From assembly GCA_036507075.1 (NCBI GenBank), contig DASXQR010000192.1, positions 1 through 64,000 of the forward strand: a stretch of DNA of 64,000 bases, written 5' to 3'. The notes beneath the pieces were generated by a model. The model was not told the origin of the DNA and did not search any database. It saw only the letters and a list, made by a program, of their open reading frames with translations. The stretch is from Acidobacteriota bacterium (lineage in GTDB: Bacteria; Acidobacteriota; UBA6911; JACQSX01). Both the position numbers and the translations under genes were made by a program. Below are positions 39,101 through 48,684 of the stretch, in pieces. How positions within the stretch are numbered: position 1 is the first letter of the stretch; the number at the start of each line of letters is the position of its first letter.

Positions 39101-39590
39101 CGCCCGGAACCAGCTTTACCAGGTTGAAGACGTGACGTCCATTCAAAGGCAGACTCTCGATTCGCTGCCGCTCCACTGTGGTTCCCAGACTGGAATCTTC
39201 CGTCTGCACCCGCGACACGCCACCTGTTACGATGGTGGTTGTGCTGACCTCGCCGATCTGCATTTCGATATTGACGCGGAGCCGCTGGCCTACTTCAAGC
39301 ACGATTCCACTCTGACGGAAAGTTTTAAAGCCAGGCAGGCTGGCGCTCACTTCGTACTTTCCGATGGGCAAAGTCGGGATTGCATAAACTCCGTCTTCGG
39401 AAGTCACGGCAGTGAATTTCTGGTTTGTCTCCAGATGCAGCCCGGTTACTTCCACTCCTGGAATGCGGGCTTTCTGGGCATCGGTGACTGTGCCCGTAAT
39501 GGTCCCTTTGGGTGATTGACCCGCCAGATGCGCGGCGCCCGCGAAGATGATGAACATGACAAAGCAGATTTTTCGCATCTGCAGAAACAT
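36117..39590 (-). CDS. Oar-like TonB-dependent receptor
   Basis: GTVTD, LPLNGR, PAEFG, NNFGPRFGFAY, C-terminal RIQLGMRLMF; GGAGG RBS before ATG 39590. Confidence 0.93.
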   Translation of the reverse strand: MFLQMRKICFVMFIIFAGAAHLAGQSPKGTITGTVTDAQKARIPGVEVTGLHLETNQKFTAVTSEDGVYAIPTLPIGKYEVSASLPGFKTFRQSGIVLEVGQRLRVNIEMQIGEVSTTTIVTGGVSRVQTEDSSLGTTVERQRIESLPLNGRHVFNLVKLVPGVQPRLKDRDGFAEVDNQGFSQISFNGGPVYSNQVYLDGGTNTIPVHNEISVVPMVDSVEEFKVHTNALPAEFGQTSGGVINVVTRGGTNQFHGSLYEFLRNDSLDARNAFVTTRDPVTGRTKPVLRYNQYGGTAGGPVWIPGLYHGKDRTFFFVGAEQWNFRTANINRATVPTEAERAGDFSKTRDGQGALIVIYDPATTKPNPNGSGFVRDPFPGNIVPSGRFDKLSLSVLKYMPLPNVAPNNPFSNSNNYLSLQGFPIDQFQLTTRIDHKVTEKDALFGRYTGTKNTRLFRAWGLPTEDADTDARDDQRNNHNLIVAETHTFSPRVINELRLNGTRQYLIFTHPSFDKEWPKKLGFPSIFPQDAFPPVGISGMLSIGSARGGFAGGHRRQHVIQVADSLTVITGRHVIKMGTDQRWQRLNFVNRLNPSGNFTFDGGLTSNPQRPAGTGFGMATFLLGEVSSGSQSVRPFFSFDNWSNGTYVQDDFKLTRRLTLNLGLRYDLESGPVERWNRSSNFDPFIVNSETGRPGVLQYAGVTKDRHFTRPARNNFGPRFGFAYDLTGDGKTAIRGGYGLIYSLLESGDTAGDNSNSLGFSINNTFAAPGGAPVKAFQFSQGPSVLLQPKGATGGPSAFRGQDVRFQAMRSGTPYVQQWNLTIQRELAGNWVVATTYAGNRGVHLFGANYNLNQLDPKYYALGLDLQKQVPNPFFGQITSGTLSTVNVRQDQLLRPFPDYLTINTLGEHGACSTYHSFQMTVERRFSGGLSALLSFTGSKLIDDSFSSNDGSGTGGEFRIGRLNRRLDRAIDVSDVSRRMVLSTVYDLPVGKGRRWMGQGGWIAAIVGEWQLNGILTLQNGSPLAIRGANNFTGIGWPDLVGEPSLPSDQRNAARWFNTDAFRNPPDFVIGNVPRTLPHTRGPGYKDLSLSLFKTVPVREEVKLEIRGEAFNAFNRVNLNDPSVTFQPNAAGVNTNANFGKVLSSLPARRIQLGMRLMF

Positions 39591-39647
39591 AAGGTTCACC
39601 TCCCGTCTAAAGTGCGAAAGCGAAGAAAAGGATGGGATGACATTTTA

Positions 39648-39941
39648 CAACACGAACGCGTCAACGGCCACGTCTAATGCCAACGAGCACGATCACGACA
39701 ACCTCCACGCCCTACTTGAAAGAATCGGACACCGATAGCGGCTTTGCCGCATGGTTTTGTCCCATCACCTGGTTGTGGCCTTACGGCCACTGTAAGCTCG
39801 TGAACGTGAGACGTCGTCGTTGACTTGAACGGCCTTGAAGAACTTTGCCAAAAAAGCAAGATTCTTTAACTGATGACCAATGACTAATGACCGATGACGC
39901 GTTTGGTTGCGGCCCTGCCGGGCTGTGCCTCTGTGGTGAAG
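39648..39941. repeat. Composite element: hexamer arms, 7-mer arm, GGTTGC hairpin and 9-mer end
   Basis: Hexamer runs 39648-39710 and 39797-39830; TGACCAATGACTAATGACCGATGAC; TTTGGTTGCGGCC..CTCTGTGGTGAA. Confidence 0.8.
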
Positions 39942-41851
39942 TTGGATTTCTCCACCGAGGCGCCTGCATAACCGAGCGCTCGCAGATCGTGCCTGATTTC
40001 GTCCAGAATCGCCGGATCGTCCAGTGTCGGCGGGATCGGATACTCGACCCCATCGGCGATCTTTTTGATCGTGCCTCGCACGATCTTGCCGGAACGGGTC
40101 TTGGGCAGGCGCTTGACGACGGTTGCAAGTTTGAAAAACGCCACCGGTCCGATCCGATCGCGCACCAGTTGAATCAACTCCTTGATGATTTCCTGGTTCT
40201 CCCGCGCCACTCCTGATTTCAACACGACCAGGCCCAGTGGCACCTCCCCCTTCATTGCATGCGCGACTCCAACGACGGCGCACTCGGCGACGTCGGGGTG
40301 CGACGCCAGAACTTCTTCCATCGCGCCGGTCGACAAACGATGGCCGGCCACATTGATGATGTCGTCCGTGCGACTCATGATCCAGAGATAGCCGTCCTCG
40401 TCTTTGTAACCTGCGTCGGCGGTCAGATAGTAGCCGGGATAGGTGCTGAGGTAGGACTTCACGTATCCGGCGTCGTTGTTCCACAGCGTTGGCAGGCAGC
40501 CGGGCGGAAGAGGCAGCTTGATCACAATGTTGCCAATCTGGCCCGGAGGCATTTCGTTGCCTTCTGCATCCAGCACGCGCACGTCATAGCCGGGAACCGG
40601 CGCGGCGCAGGAGCCCGGCTTGACGGGTAGCATTTCCAGGCCGAGACAGTTGGAGCCCACGGGCCAACCTGTTTCCGTCTGCCACCAGTGATCGATGACC
40701 GGCACCTGCAGCAGCTTCTGCGCCCATTGCAGTGTGTCCGGGTCGCAGCGCTCGCCGGCAAGGAAAAGAGCGCGGAAGCAGGATAAGTCGTATCTGGCGA
40801 CAAAGTCGCCGCTGTAGTCTTCCCGTTTGATGGCTCGAAAAGCGGTAGGCGCCGTGAACAATGTGCGTACTTTGTGCTGTGATATGACGCGCCAGAATGC
40901 GCCCGGATCGGGAGTGCCTACCGGTTTGCCTTCGTAAAGAACCGTCGTGTTTCCATGGAACAGCGGGCCGTAGGCGATGTAGGAGTGCCCTACGGCCCAT
41001 CCCAGATCTGACGCAGCCCAGAAAACTTCGCCCGGATCGACGCCATAAATATTTTTCATGCTCCACTTGAGGGCGACGGCGTGCCCTCCGTTGTCGCGCA
41101 CGATCCCTTTGGGAATCCCGGTTGTGCCCGACGTGTACAAAATGTAAAGCGGATCCGTCGCGCTCAGCGGTACGCAGTCAACGGGTCTGGCATCGGCCAT
41201 CAGATCGCACCAATCTGCATCACGACCGGGAATGAGCCCAGCCCTTTCCTGTGGACGCTGCAGGATGATGCAGCGCTCCGGCTTGGCAGCGGCAATTTCA
41301 ATCGCCTTGTCGAGCAGAGGTTTATAGGGAACGACGCGATTGACTTCAATCGCGCAGGACGCCGACAGGACCACTTTCGGTTTGGCGTCATTGAGCCGGC
41401 TGGCCAGTTCGTGGGCGGCAAAACCACCGAAGACCACGGAGTGAATCGCACCGATTCGAGCGCACGCGAGCATCCCAACGACGGCTTGCGGAACCATCGG
41501 CATATATATGACGACGCGATCGCCCTTGACCACCCCGCAATTTGCCAATGCGCCGGCAAAGCGGGCGACTTGATCGAGCAGGTTGCCATAAGTAAAGACT
41601 TGTGTCGTTTCCGTGACAGGGCTGTCATAAATGATCGCCGGTTGTTCAGCGCGGCCGCCGTTTACATGCACGTCAAGCGCGTTGTAACAGCTATTGATGA
41701 CGCCTCCGGTGAACCAGCGGTAGAAGGGCGGCCGGGAATCGTCAAGGACACGATCCCATTTTCGATACCATTGGACCTGCTCCGCTGCCTCCGCCCAGAA
41801 GTCTTCTGGCGCTTGCAGCCAGCGCTTGTAGACTTGATCGTAAGTCGTCAT
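39884..41851 (-). CDS. prpE: Propionyl-CoA synthetase (acetate/propionate-CoA ligase family)
   Basis: YTSGTTGIPKG, DHWWQTETG, PKTRSGKI, PPTLDDP. Confidence 0.88.
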   Translation of the reverse strand: MTTYDQVYKRWLQAPEDFWAEAAEQVQWYRKWDRVLDDSRPPFYRWFTGGVINSCYNALDVHVNGGRAEQPAIIYDSPVTETTQVFTYGNLLDQVARFAGALANCGVVKGDRVVIYMPMVPQAVVGMLACARIGAIHSVVFGGFAAHELASRLNDAKPKVVLSASCAIEVNRVVPYKPLLDKAIEIAAAKPERCIILQRPQERAGLIPGRDADWCDLMADARPVDCVPLSATDPLYILYTSGTTGIPKGIVRDNGGHAVALKWSMKNIYGVDPGEVFWAASDLGWAVGHSYIAYGPLFHGNTTVLYEGKPVGTPDPGAFWRVISQHKVRTLFTAPTAFRAIKREDYSGDFVARYDLSCFRALFLAGERCDPDTLQWAQKLLQVPVIDHWWQTETGWPVGSNCLGLEMLPVKPGSCAAPVPGYDVRVLDAEGNEMPPGQIGNIVIKLPLPPGCLPTLWNNDAGYVKSYLSTYPGYYLTADAGYKDEDGYLWIMSRTDDIINVAGHRLSTGAMEEVLASHPDVAECAVVGVAHAMKGEVPLGLVVLKSGVARENQEIIKELIQLVRDRIGPVAFFKLATVVKRLPKTRSGKIVRGTIKKIADGVEYPIPPTLDDPAILDEIRHDLRALGYAGASVEKSNFTTEAQPGRAATKRVIGH

Positions 41852-41974
41852 TTGGGGTCCGCTTGCTTATCCGGATTATTCGCAAACTGAAAGAATTGGC
41901 CGCTGATCTACACGAAAAACACGGATTAGTATCGGCATTGTCCGCGTAAATCGGCGGCTAGTTCCTTTTATGGT

Positions 41975-44146
41975 TCATCGTATCGGGGAAACCGGAAGCG
42001 TCGTGAACTGCCCAGGATTGGGTCCCAGTTCGAGGGCCACTCCGGCGATGTTTCCGATTAAACCGGTCTCTTCGACAGTCAGTGTGCCTTCGAAGTCATC
42101 CGCAATGGCCAAGGGAAACAGTTCGTTGATAAAACGAGCAATGTGACCACCATTCACGATGCTTTCACTTCGAGTCCCGTTCAGCACGACTTGGCCGGAT
42201 TTGTTTCTAAGCGTAAACAAAAGTCGTCCCGAGTAGCCTGCGCTATGCACAGCCACTCCTGTATTTACACCGCCGGACTTAAATCGAACCGGCGTCACGA
42301 AGCCTGTCAGCAGTTGACTGTCACCGACCCCGGCAATACCGATGCCGGGAATGGCGAACCTGACCACACCGCTCAATGGATTGTCGCTCGCCACTCGGGC
42401 CGCGCCCACCAGAAGCGGACCCTTGCCGTCGCTGGAAAACGTGGAAGCGCCAAGAGGCGGTATCACGAACTGGACAGTGCTCTGCGCCGGCAACCCATTC
42501 AGACCTATCGCAAGCCCGAGGCCATTATCGGAGAGTAGATCTATCCTGCCCGAAACAACCTTCGTGCTTGATGGGTTGGTAAGCACCAGATCGAAGCTCA
42601 CGCCGCCATTTGCCACGTGCGCGAAGTAAAGATTGCTCGTTAACTGCAAGCCCGCTTGAGTGACGCTGAAGACTTTTCCGGCAATCGTGATTGAGCCGGT
42701 TCTGAAGACAGAAGCCGAATTCGCAAGCAGTGAATAAGAGACGACGCCATTGCCCGAGCCTGCGGCGCCTCCCGTGATTGTGATCCAGTCGTCGTTGCTC
42801 ACCGCGGTCCAACCGCACCCGGGCGGCGCCGTCACCGCCACGCTTCCCGCTTCGGCTCCGGCCTGATGACTGCGGCTTTCAGGTGAGATCGAGTAAGTAC
42901 AGGCTATCCCCTGCTGGCTCACGGTAAAAATCTGACCGGCGACTGTCAACGTTCCTGTGCGTGGAGCAGTACCCGGATTCAGATCGACTGTGTAGTTCAC
43001 CTGACCACTGCCGTTTCCGGTCGATCCCGACGTAATTGTTATCCAGGGTGCATTGCTGTTTGCATTCCAAGTGCAGCCGGCCGGTGCCGTAACCGTGACG
43101 ACTCCCGTTCCGCCTGTTAAAGTAAAGGAAGCGCTGGCAGGTGAAATGCCGTAGGTACATACAGGCAACACTGTCAACAAAGGAGAGTTAATGCTAAGGC
43201 GATTCTCCTCGTCCGATTCTGTCACTTCATTGGCTGCGTCAGCGACGAATGTCACAAAGTAGGTGCCCGGAGGCACTGTGGACGGTCCTGGAAACGAAAT
43301 TGTGAGGGTCCTGGAAACTGAACTGGTGGGAGCCAGGGAATCGATGCGCAGTTCTCCGATTTTATATCCTGTGAGCGTCGCAGGAATTGTGACGGCGTAG
43401 AAATCCAACCGGCTCGGCGGCGCTGTGGCAGAGCCGTTATTCTGAACGACGGCAGTGAGGGCCAGCGAATCTCCGGCCCGCACGGAGGTGGGACTGAAAC
43501 TGCCCGATGTAACAACAAGGTTGGGTTGAGATTCGGCTGTAATCTCCAACCGTGGCCCGAAGCCTTGTGCGTTCTCTCCCGCTTCGAAAACGGCATAGGA
43601 ATTGGCGGAAGCGGGTGCGCGAAATGAGAGTCGAAACTGAGCCGTTGAGGTATTCTGCGATGCCAGAAAAGAGATCGCTGCTGTCACATCAAGACTTTTG
43701 TATTCAACCGTGTCGTTGCTCGACAAGGTGCCAATATCCGCAGATATCGCATTGACACACGCATCTCCCAAATCCAGCGACGTGCCGTAATCTATGAGAT
43801 CAACGGTGATTGAATTCCCGCTTGCATAGGGCTGGCCGTTTTGGCCCACCTGGTACAAAACCAGGGTCGCCGACGTGATCCGGTTTCCGCGGAATGAACT
43901 GATGTCGAAGGAAACAAAACTTTTGTACAAACTCGGGACTCCGGCATCGCTGAGATTTGCCGAGCCGATTCGCAACTGGCCCGTAGGGGAAACCAGATCT
44001 TCCGGCGTCGATGATGGGCATTCCGGTCTACGGGTCCATCCATCCAGGGCGGCGTTGGAGAACATCGTGCCGGTGCTCTGCGCTGAGACTGTGAGGCTGA
44101 GAATTGAAATGAAAGCTGCAATGAAAAAGGCACTCAATTTGGACAT
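41975..44146 (-). CDS. Secreted multidomain protein (DNRLRE-like, CARDB, two BACON-like domains)
   Basis: SFDISS..ITSATLVLY; PNLVV..ADAANEVTESDEEN; two CTY.ISP..CxWxA.SN..WITIT repeats. Confidence 0.8.
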   Translation of the reverse strand: MSKLSAFFIAAFISILSLTVSAQSTGTMFSNAALDGWTRRPECPSSTPEDLVSPTGQLRIGSANLSDAGVPSLYKSFVSFDISSFRGNRITSATLVLYQVGQNGQPYASGNSITVDLIDYGTSLDLGDACVNAISADIGTLSSNDTVEYKSLDVTAAISFLASQNTSTAQFRLSFRAPASANSYAVFEAGENAQGFGPRLEITAESQPNLVVTSGSFSPTSVRAGDSLALTAVVQNNGSATAPPSRLDFYAVTIPATLTGYKIGELRIDSLAPTSSVSRTLTISFPGPSTVPPGTYFVTFVADAANEVTESDEENRLSINSPLLTVLPVCTYGISPASASFTLTGGTGVVTVTAPAGCTWNANSNAPWITITSGSTGNGSGQVNYTVDLNPGTAPRTGTLTVAGQIFTVSQQGIACTYSISPESRSHQAGAEAGSVAVTAPPGCGWTAVSNDDWITITGGAAGSGNGVVSYSLLANSASVFRTGSITIAGKVFSVTQAGLQLTSNLYFAHVANGGVSFDLVLTNPSSTKVVSGRIDLLSDNGLGLAIGLNGLPAQSTVQFVIPPLGASTFSSDGKGPLLVGAARVASDNPLSGVVRFAIPGIGIAGVGDSQLLTGFVTPVRFKSGGVNTGVAVHSAGYSGRLLFTLRNKSGQVVLNGTRSESIVNGGHIARFINELFPLAIADDFEGTLTVEETGLIGNIAGVALELGPNPGQFTTLPVSPIR

Positions 44147-44230
44147 GGCTCCCCCTGAACCCAGCAAGATACAATGTAAATAATAACTTATCCCGCATTA
44201 TTCGCGACTTTTTGCAATAACAGGTGGTCT

Positions 44231-44313
44231 GTTGTCCGTCGGCCGTTGTCAGTTGTCACTCCTGACGACCAGCATGCAAGAACCGCTGACAACTCCCACG
44301 GACAACGGACAAC
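44231..44313. repeat. Short inverted 7-mer microsatellite pair
   Basis: GTTGTCC/GTTGTCA units facing GACAAC/GGACAAC units. Confidence 0.75.
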
Positions 44314-44409
44314 CCTGTGTCCTCTGTGGCTTTTTTAGCAAAGCTTTGTCTGACACCTACACCTCAGCCTATGACGATCCAGTCTGCCAAGCTCGATACT
44401 CGATTTCCG

Positions 44410-44447
44410 TTGACATGTGATATCACATAGATATCATATTGATGTCA
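44410..44447 (+). promoter_or_regulatory. Sigma70 promoter overlapped by three TGATATCA-like operator boxes
   Basis: TTGACA 44410-44415, TATCAT 44432-44437; boxes at 44418, 44429, 44440 (11-bp period); AAGGAGG RBS follows. Confidence 0.75.
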
Positions 44448-44463
44448 CATAAGGAGGTTCGTC

Positions 44464-45333
44464 ATGTTGCAGGAAAAGGAAATCAAGGGGATCTCGGGCT
44501 GGCTGATGTTGGCGGCATTGTTGGTACTGCTGATTTATTCAATCCTTACGCTGACTTTCGCGATTAGAGCCGGTGAGGGCTTCTGGGTTATTTTTTGGCT
44601 TACCGTTCTAATTGTCGACGTCGTTTCCGTGTTCGGGTTGACGGTGGTCAACCCGAACGAAGCCAAGGTGATCCAGTTGTTCGGGGCTTACAAGGGCTCC
44701 CTCAAACAGCAGGGCTTCCGGTGGGTTAATCCGCTGACCCTGCGCCGCAAGGTTTCTCTGCGAATACGCAACTTTGAGAGCGGCAAGCTGAAGGTGAACG
44801 ATCAGGACGGCAACCCGATCGAGATCGCCGCGGTGGTCGTCTGGCGAGTCGTCGAGACGGCGGAAGCGGTGTTTCAGGTGGACGACTATGAGCACTTTGT
44901 CCATGTGCAGAGCGAGGCCGCGCTTCGCGTTCTCGCCACCAGCTACCCGTACGATGCACATGTGGAAGGCCAGGTATCCCTGCGAATTTCCGCTATGGAG
45001 ATTTCCCACAAGCTGCGCGATGAGATCCAGGAGAGATTGGCCAAGGCCGGGGTCGAAGTGATCGAGGCCCGGATCAGTCACCTGGCCTATGCGCCCGAGA
45101 TTGCCAGCGCGATGCTGCGCCGGCAACAGGCTAGCGCCATCATCGCAGCGCGGCAAAAAATAGTCGAAGGGGCCGTGGGCATGGTTGAGATGGCGCTCGA
45201 TTTGCTGAGCGCAAAACAAGTGGTGCAGCTTGACGAAGAGCGTAAGGCTTCCATGGTGAGCAACCTGCTGGTGGTGCTGTGCAGCGATCGGGATGCGCAG
45301 CCGGTCGTCAACACGGGCACGCTTTATCAATAG
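44464..45333 (+). CDS. SPFH/band-7 domain membrane protein
   Basis: Two N-terminal TM helices, [32 protein letters not shown]. Confidence 0.93.
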   Translation: MLQEKEIKGISGWLMLAALLVLLIYSILTLTFAIRAGEGFWVIFWLTVLIVDVVSVFGLTVVNPNEAKVIQLFGAYKGSLKQQGFRWVNPLTLRRKVSLRIRNFESGKLKVNDQDGNPIEIAAVVVWRVVETAEAVFQVDDYEHFVHVQSEAALRVLATSYPYDAHVEGQVSLRISAMEISHKLRDEIQERLAKAGVEVIEARISHLAYAPEIASAMLRRQQASAIIAARQKIVEGAVGMVEMALDLLSAKQVVQLDEERKASMVSNLLVVLCSDRDAQPVVNTGTLYQ

Positions 45334-45363
45334 CCCGGTTCGACGCTGCGTATTGGAAGAAAT

Positions 45364-45570
45364 ATGGCGCAACGGAAAACATTTCTCCTTCGTCTCGACC
45401 CGGCAACGCACGAAGCCCTGCAGCGCTGGGCCGACACGGATCTGCGCAGCCTGAACGGACAGATAGAGTTCCTGCTGCGCAATGCGCTTCGCGAAGCGGG
45501 ACGCTTGCCTGCAGACCAATCCCCAGCCGCGCGCAAGGATCCGCTCCCGCCTGCGGGCTCTAAGGAGTGA
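45364..45570 (+). CDS. Arc-family ribbon-helix-helix DNA-binding protein
   Basis: RKTFLLRLDP..LQRWA..RSLNGQIEFLL. Confidence 0.88.
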   Translation: MAQRKTFLLRLDPATHEALQRWADTDLRSLNGQIEFLLRNALREAGRLPADQSPAARKDPLPPAGSKE

Positions 45571-45573
45571 GTA

Positions 45574-46368
45574 ATGAAACCCTGGATCCAACCGATGGAC
45601 TTGAAGCGTAGCTGGGTTCCCCCGGACGGGCTGGATCGCTCACGGCCGCGGGAAGTGCGACTGACCGCCGCAGGACGGGCGTTGGTGTTAGTCGGCATTC
45701 TCTTAATGGCAGGCGCTGTCGGCGCAGGTATCGGTCTCGGGATGAAGGCCGGCCGTCAAGCGGAGGAGGCGCGCCTGCTTCGAGAAGAGGGCTTGATTGC
45801 GCAGGGGGTTGTCACCCGGATATGGCAGAAGCGGGGCGAGAAAAAACAGTCCTGGGTGGCTTACCAGTTCACGACTGACGGACGCACCTACGGACGGGAT
45901 GCGAAGGTCTCGCGCTCCGTCGGGCAACGTCTTCTTGTCGAAGGGCAGATCGCGGTTCGCTATGTTCCTTCCAATCCCGACCTCAATTATCCTCTCGACT
46001 TCGCCAACAAACGCATGCCTGTGTGGCTGCCGTTCTGGATTGCCGGCGCCCTGGCACTGTTTGGATTTTTCGTAACGTTACCGATTCGAAAAGCGCGCAG
46101 GCTGCTTGCGGAAGGACGGCCGGCGCCGGGCATCGTGACGAAACACGGGCACATCATGCACAGTTCGCATGGAAGAGTACTTGGAAAGAAGTCTTACTAC
46201 GAGTTTCCTCTCCTCAACGGAGCCATCAGGAAGGGGGAAACTGGTCCCAGCAAGAATCCTCCCGCCGTCGGCAGCGTGTTCTGTGTGCTCTACGACCCGG
46301 ATACTCCGCGCAAAAATGCACCCTACCCATTGTCGCTGGTCAGACTGGCGAATGTGCGCCGGCCTTGA
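45574..46368 (+). CDS. DUF3592-like membrane protein
   Basis: TM-OB-like-TM layout, VAYQF..G, IAVRYVPSNP, VLYDPDTP. Confidence 0.75.
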   Translation: MKPWIQPMDLKRSWVPPDGLDRSRPREVRLTAAGRALVLVGILLMAGAVGAGIGLGMKAGRQAEEARLLREEGLIAQGVVTRIWQKRGEKKQSWVAYQFTTDGRTYGRDAKVSRSVGQRLLVEGQIAVRYVPSNPDLNYPLDFANKRMPVWLPFWIAGALALFGFFVTLPIRKARRLLAEGRPAPGIVTKHGHIMHSSHGRVLGKKSYYEFPLLNGAIRKGETGPSKNPPAVGSVFCVLYDPDTPRKNAPYPLSLVRLANVRRP

Positions 46369-46527
46369 AATTAAGTAGTTGAAAACAAGTCATTTCTAGC
46401 GGAGGATAATCACTAATGTAAGAGTAGGGGCAGCAAAGCGGGCGCATGTGGTTCGGCGCAGGGCTTGTTACGATATCAATCAGCGTAATTCGCGTAAATC
46501 AGCGGCTGGTTCTTCGATGAGGTGACA

Positions 46528-47979
46528 ATGACACGACCGTCCTCTTTCAGGCACAACCCGACTTTTTCGTGTGCGCTCGTCTTGATCATCGGCGTCGTCA
46601 TGCTGTCCATTGGGCGCGGCGCCTCACAACCCCGCACCTTCAATGTGCTCTTTATTGCGTCCGACGATTTGAACAATGCGCTCGGCTGTTACCAGCATCC
46701 TCTGGTTCGCTCGCCCAACATCGATCGACTCGCGCGCAGCGGCATGCGCTTCGATCGCGCCTATTGCCAGTACCCGCTGTGCAATCCGAGCCGCGCCTCC
46801 CTGATGACGGGGTTGCGGCCCGACACGACCGGGGTACTGGACAATCAATTCAATTTCCGAACGAAGCTGCCAAATGTCGTGACCTTGCCTCAGTTGTTTC
46901 GCAACAACCGATACTTTGTCGCGCGCCTGGGCAAGCTCTATCACTACGGCGTGCCCGGGCAAATAGGAACCAACGGGCTGGATGATCCGCAGTCCTGGGA
47001 CCAGGTCGTCAATCCTCGCGGGCGCGACAAGGACGAGGAAAACAAGATCATAAACCACACGGTGGGACGCCCTCTGGGCAGCGCACTTGCCTTTTTGGCC
47101 GCCGATGGATCAGACGAAGAGCAGACCGACGGCAAAATCGCCACCGAAGCGATTCGCCTGCTCGAGAACAACCGGGAGCGGCCATTCTTCCTGGCAGTCG
47201 GATTCTTCCGGCCGCATTCGCCTTACGTCGCTCCCAAGAAGTATTTCGACCTCTATCCGACCGAGAAGATAAAGCTTCCTAAGGATCCGCCGAACGACCG
47301 CGACGATATTCCTGCGACTGCCTTGTTCACAACGCCGCCGAACTGGGGTCTGTCCGAGACGCAGCAGCGCGAGGCGACACGCGCCTACTTCGCGTCGATT
47401 TCCTTCATGGACGCGCAAGTGGGACGCCTGCTCGATGCACTCGATCGACTCGGCCTTCGCGATCAAACGCTGGTAGTGTTTTGGGGAGACCACGGCTATC
47501 ACCTCGGGGAGCACGGCACCTGGATGAAGTCGAGCCTTTTTGAAGAGTCGGCGCGCGTGCCGCTGATCATCTCTGCACCGGGAATGAAAGCCGGCAAATC
47601 GTGCGAGCGCCTGGTCGAGTTTGTCGATCTTTATCCCACCGTCGCCGAATTCTGCGGTTTGAAGACGCCTGAAGGTCTGGAGGGCGAAAGCCTGGTGCCA
47701 CTGCTGCGCGATCCCAATCGTCGGTGGAAAAAAGCCGCGTTTACCCAGGTTCGAAGAGCAGAGCAGGGACAAAGTTTTGCCGGCCGCTCAGTCCGCACCG
47801 ACCGCTGGCGCTACACGGAATGGGACGAGGGACGAAAAGGCGCCGAGCTCTACGACCATCGCAAAGATCCACATGAATGGACTAATCTGGCGAACGATCC
47901 CAGGCATCAATCAACCGTCTCAGAGCTCAAAAGCCTCCTGCACGCCGGCTGGAAGGCTGCGCGCGTCGAGAAGCCTTGA
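46528..47979 (+). CDS. Sulfatase, iduronate-2-sulfatase-like
   Basis: [11 protein letters not shown] formylglycine motif, GKLYH, RPH, GDHG. Confidence 0.95.
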   Translation: MTRPSSFRHNPTFSCALVLIIGVVMLSIGRGASQPRTFNVLFIASDDLNNALGCYQHPLVRSPNIDRLARSGMRFDRAYCQYPLCNPSRASLMTGLRPDTTGVLDNQFNFRTKLPNVVTLPQLFRNNRYFVARLGKLYHYGVPGQIGTNGLDDPQSWDQVVNPRGRDKDEENKIINHTVGRPLGSALAFLAADGSDEEQTDGKIATEAIRLLENNRERPFFLAVGFFRPHSPYVAPKKYFDLYPTEKIKLPKDPPNDRDDIPATALFTTPPNWGLSETQQREATRAYFASISFMDAQVGRLLDALDRLGLRDQTLVVFWGDHGYHLGEHGTWMKSSLFEESARVPLIISAPGMKAGKSCERLVEFVDLYPTVAEFCGLKTPEGLEGESLVPLLRDPNRRWKKAAFTQVRRAEQGQSFAGRSVRTDRWRYTEWDEGRKGAELYDHRKDPHEWTNLANDPRHQSTVSELKSLLHAGWKAARVEKP

Positions 47980-48684
47980 TTTCTTTTTTCGCGCAATGAC
48001 TACCCACCCGAGAGTGTCATCTTTGCGTCGATCACAGCGGTCGAGATAAAAACAGCCGAGGGGCACGACAAATCCCAAGATCGGCGCTGATACCAAAAAC
48101 ACAAGAATCTTCAGTCCACGGGTCCAGTTAAATAGTTTCTCCAGCCATGTGCGAGCGAAAACCCAGTAACCTCCGCCAATGGGGTCGCAGCGGTCCACCG
48201 TCCATCGCGTTGTCCTCAGCAGGTAGACAATGCCTGTCCGGTCGAACCTGTGAAGATCATCTGCAGCTTCTAATCGTGGAAAGCGCCAGGGTATCGTCAG
48301 GAACAACTCGCCGCCGGGCTTGACGGACCGATGCATCTCTTCCAGGCTCTTCCGCGGATTCTTGAAATGATGCAGCGCGGCGCTGCAACAGATCGCATCC
48401 AGGCACCCGGCGCGCAGCGGGAGCTTGTGCGCATCTGCCAGGATTCGAGCCCCGCTGCGAAAGCGCAGCGCACCTGCACTGCGGTCCAGTGCTATGGCCC
48501 AGGGCGCGTATACGGCGGCGCCGCCGGCAAGGTCCAACAGACGCGCAGATTCATGTCGAAGGCAGAACGCGGCTGCCAGGCGCTCCAGTTCGAACTCAAA
48601 GGGGATGAGCCTGCGACGAAGAAACTCGGGAACCGCCAGCCGGATCCTATCGCGCAGCCGTTTTGATTGTTCACCTCTGGCCAT
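47920..48684 (-). CDS. Class I SAM-dependent methyltransferase
   Basis: [32 protein letters not shown]. Confidence 0.8.
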   Translation of the reverse strand: MARGEQSKRLRDRIRLAVPEFLRRRLIPFEFELERLAAAFCLRHESARLLDLAGGAAVYAPWAIALDRSAGALRFRSGARILADAHKLPLRAGCLDAICCSAALHHFKNPRKSLEEMHRSVKPGGELFLTIPWRFPRLEAADDLHRFDRTGIVYLLRTTRWTVDRCDPIGGGYWVFARTWLEKLFNWTRGLKILVFLVSAPILGFVVPLGCFYLDRCDRRKDDTLGWVVIARKKKSRLLDARSLPAGVQEAFEL

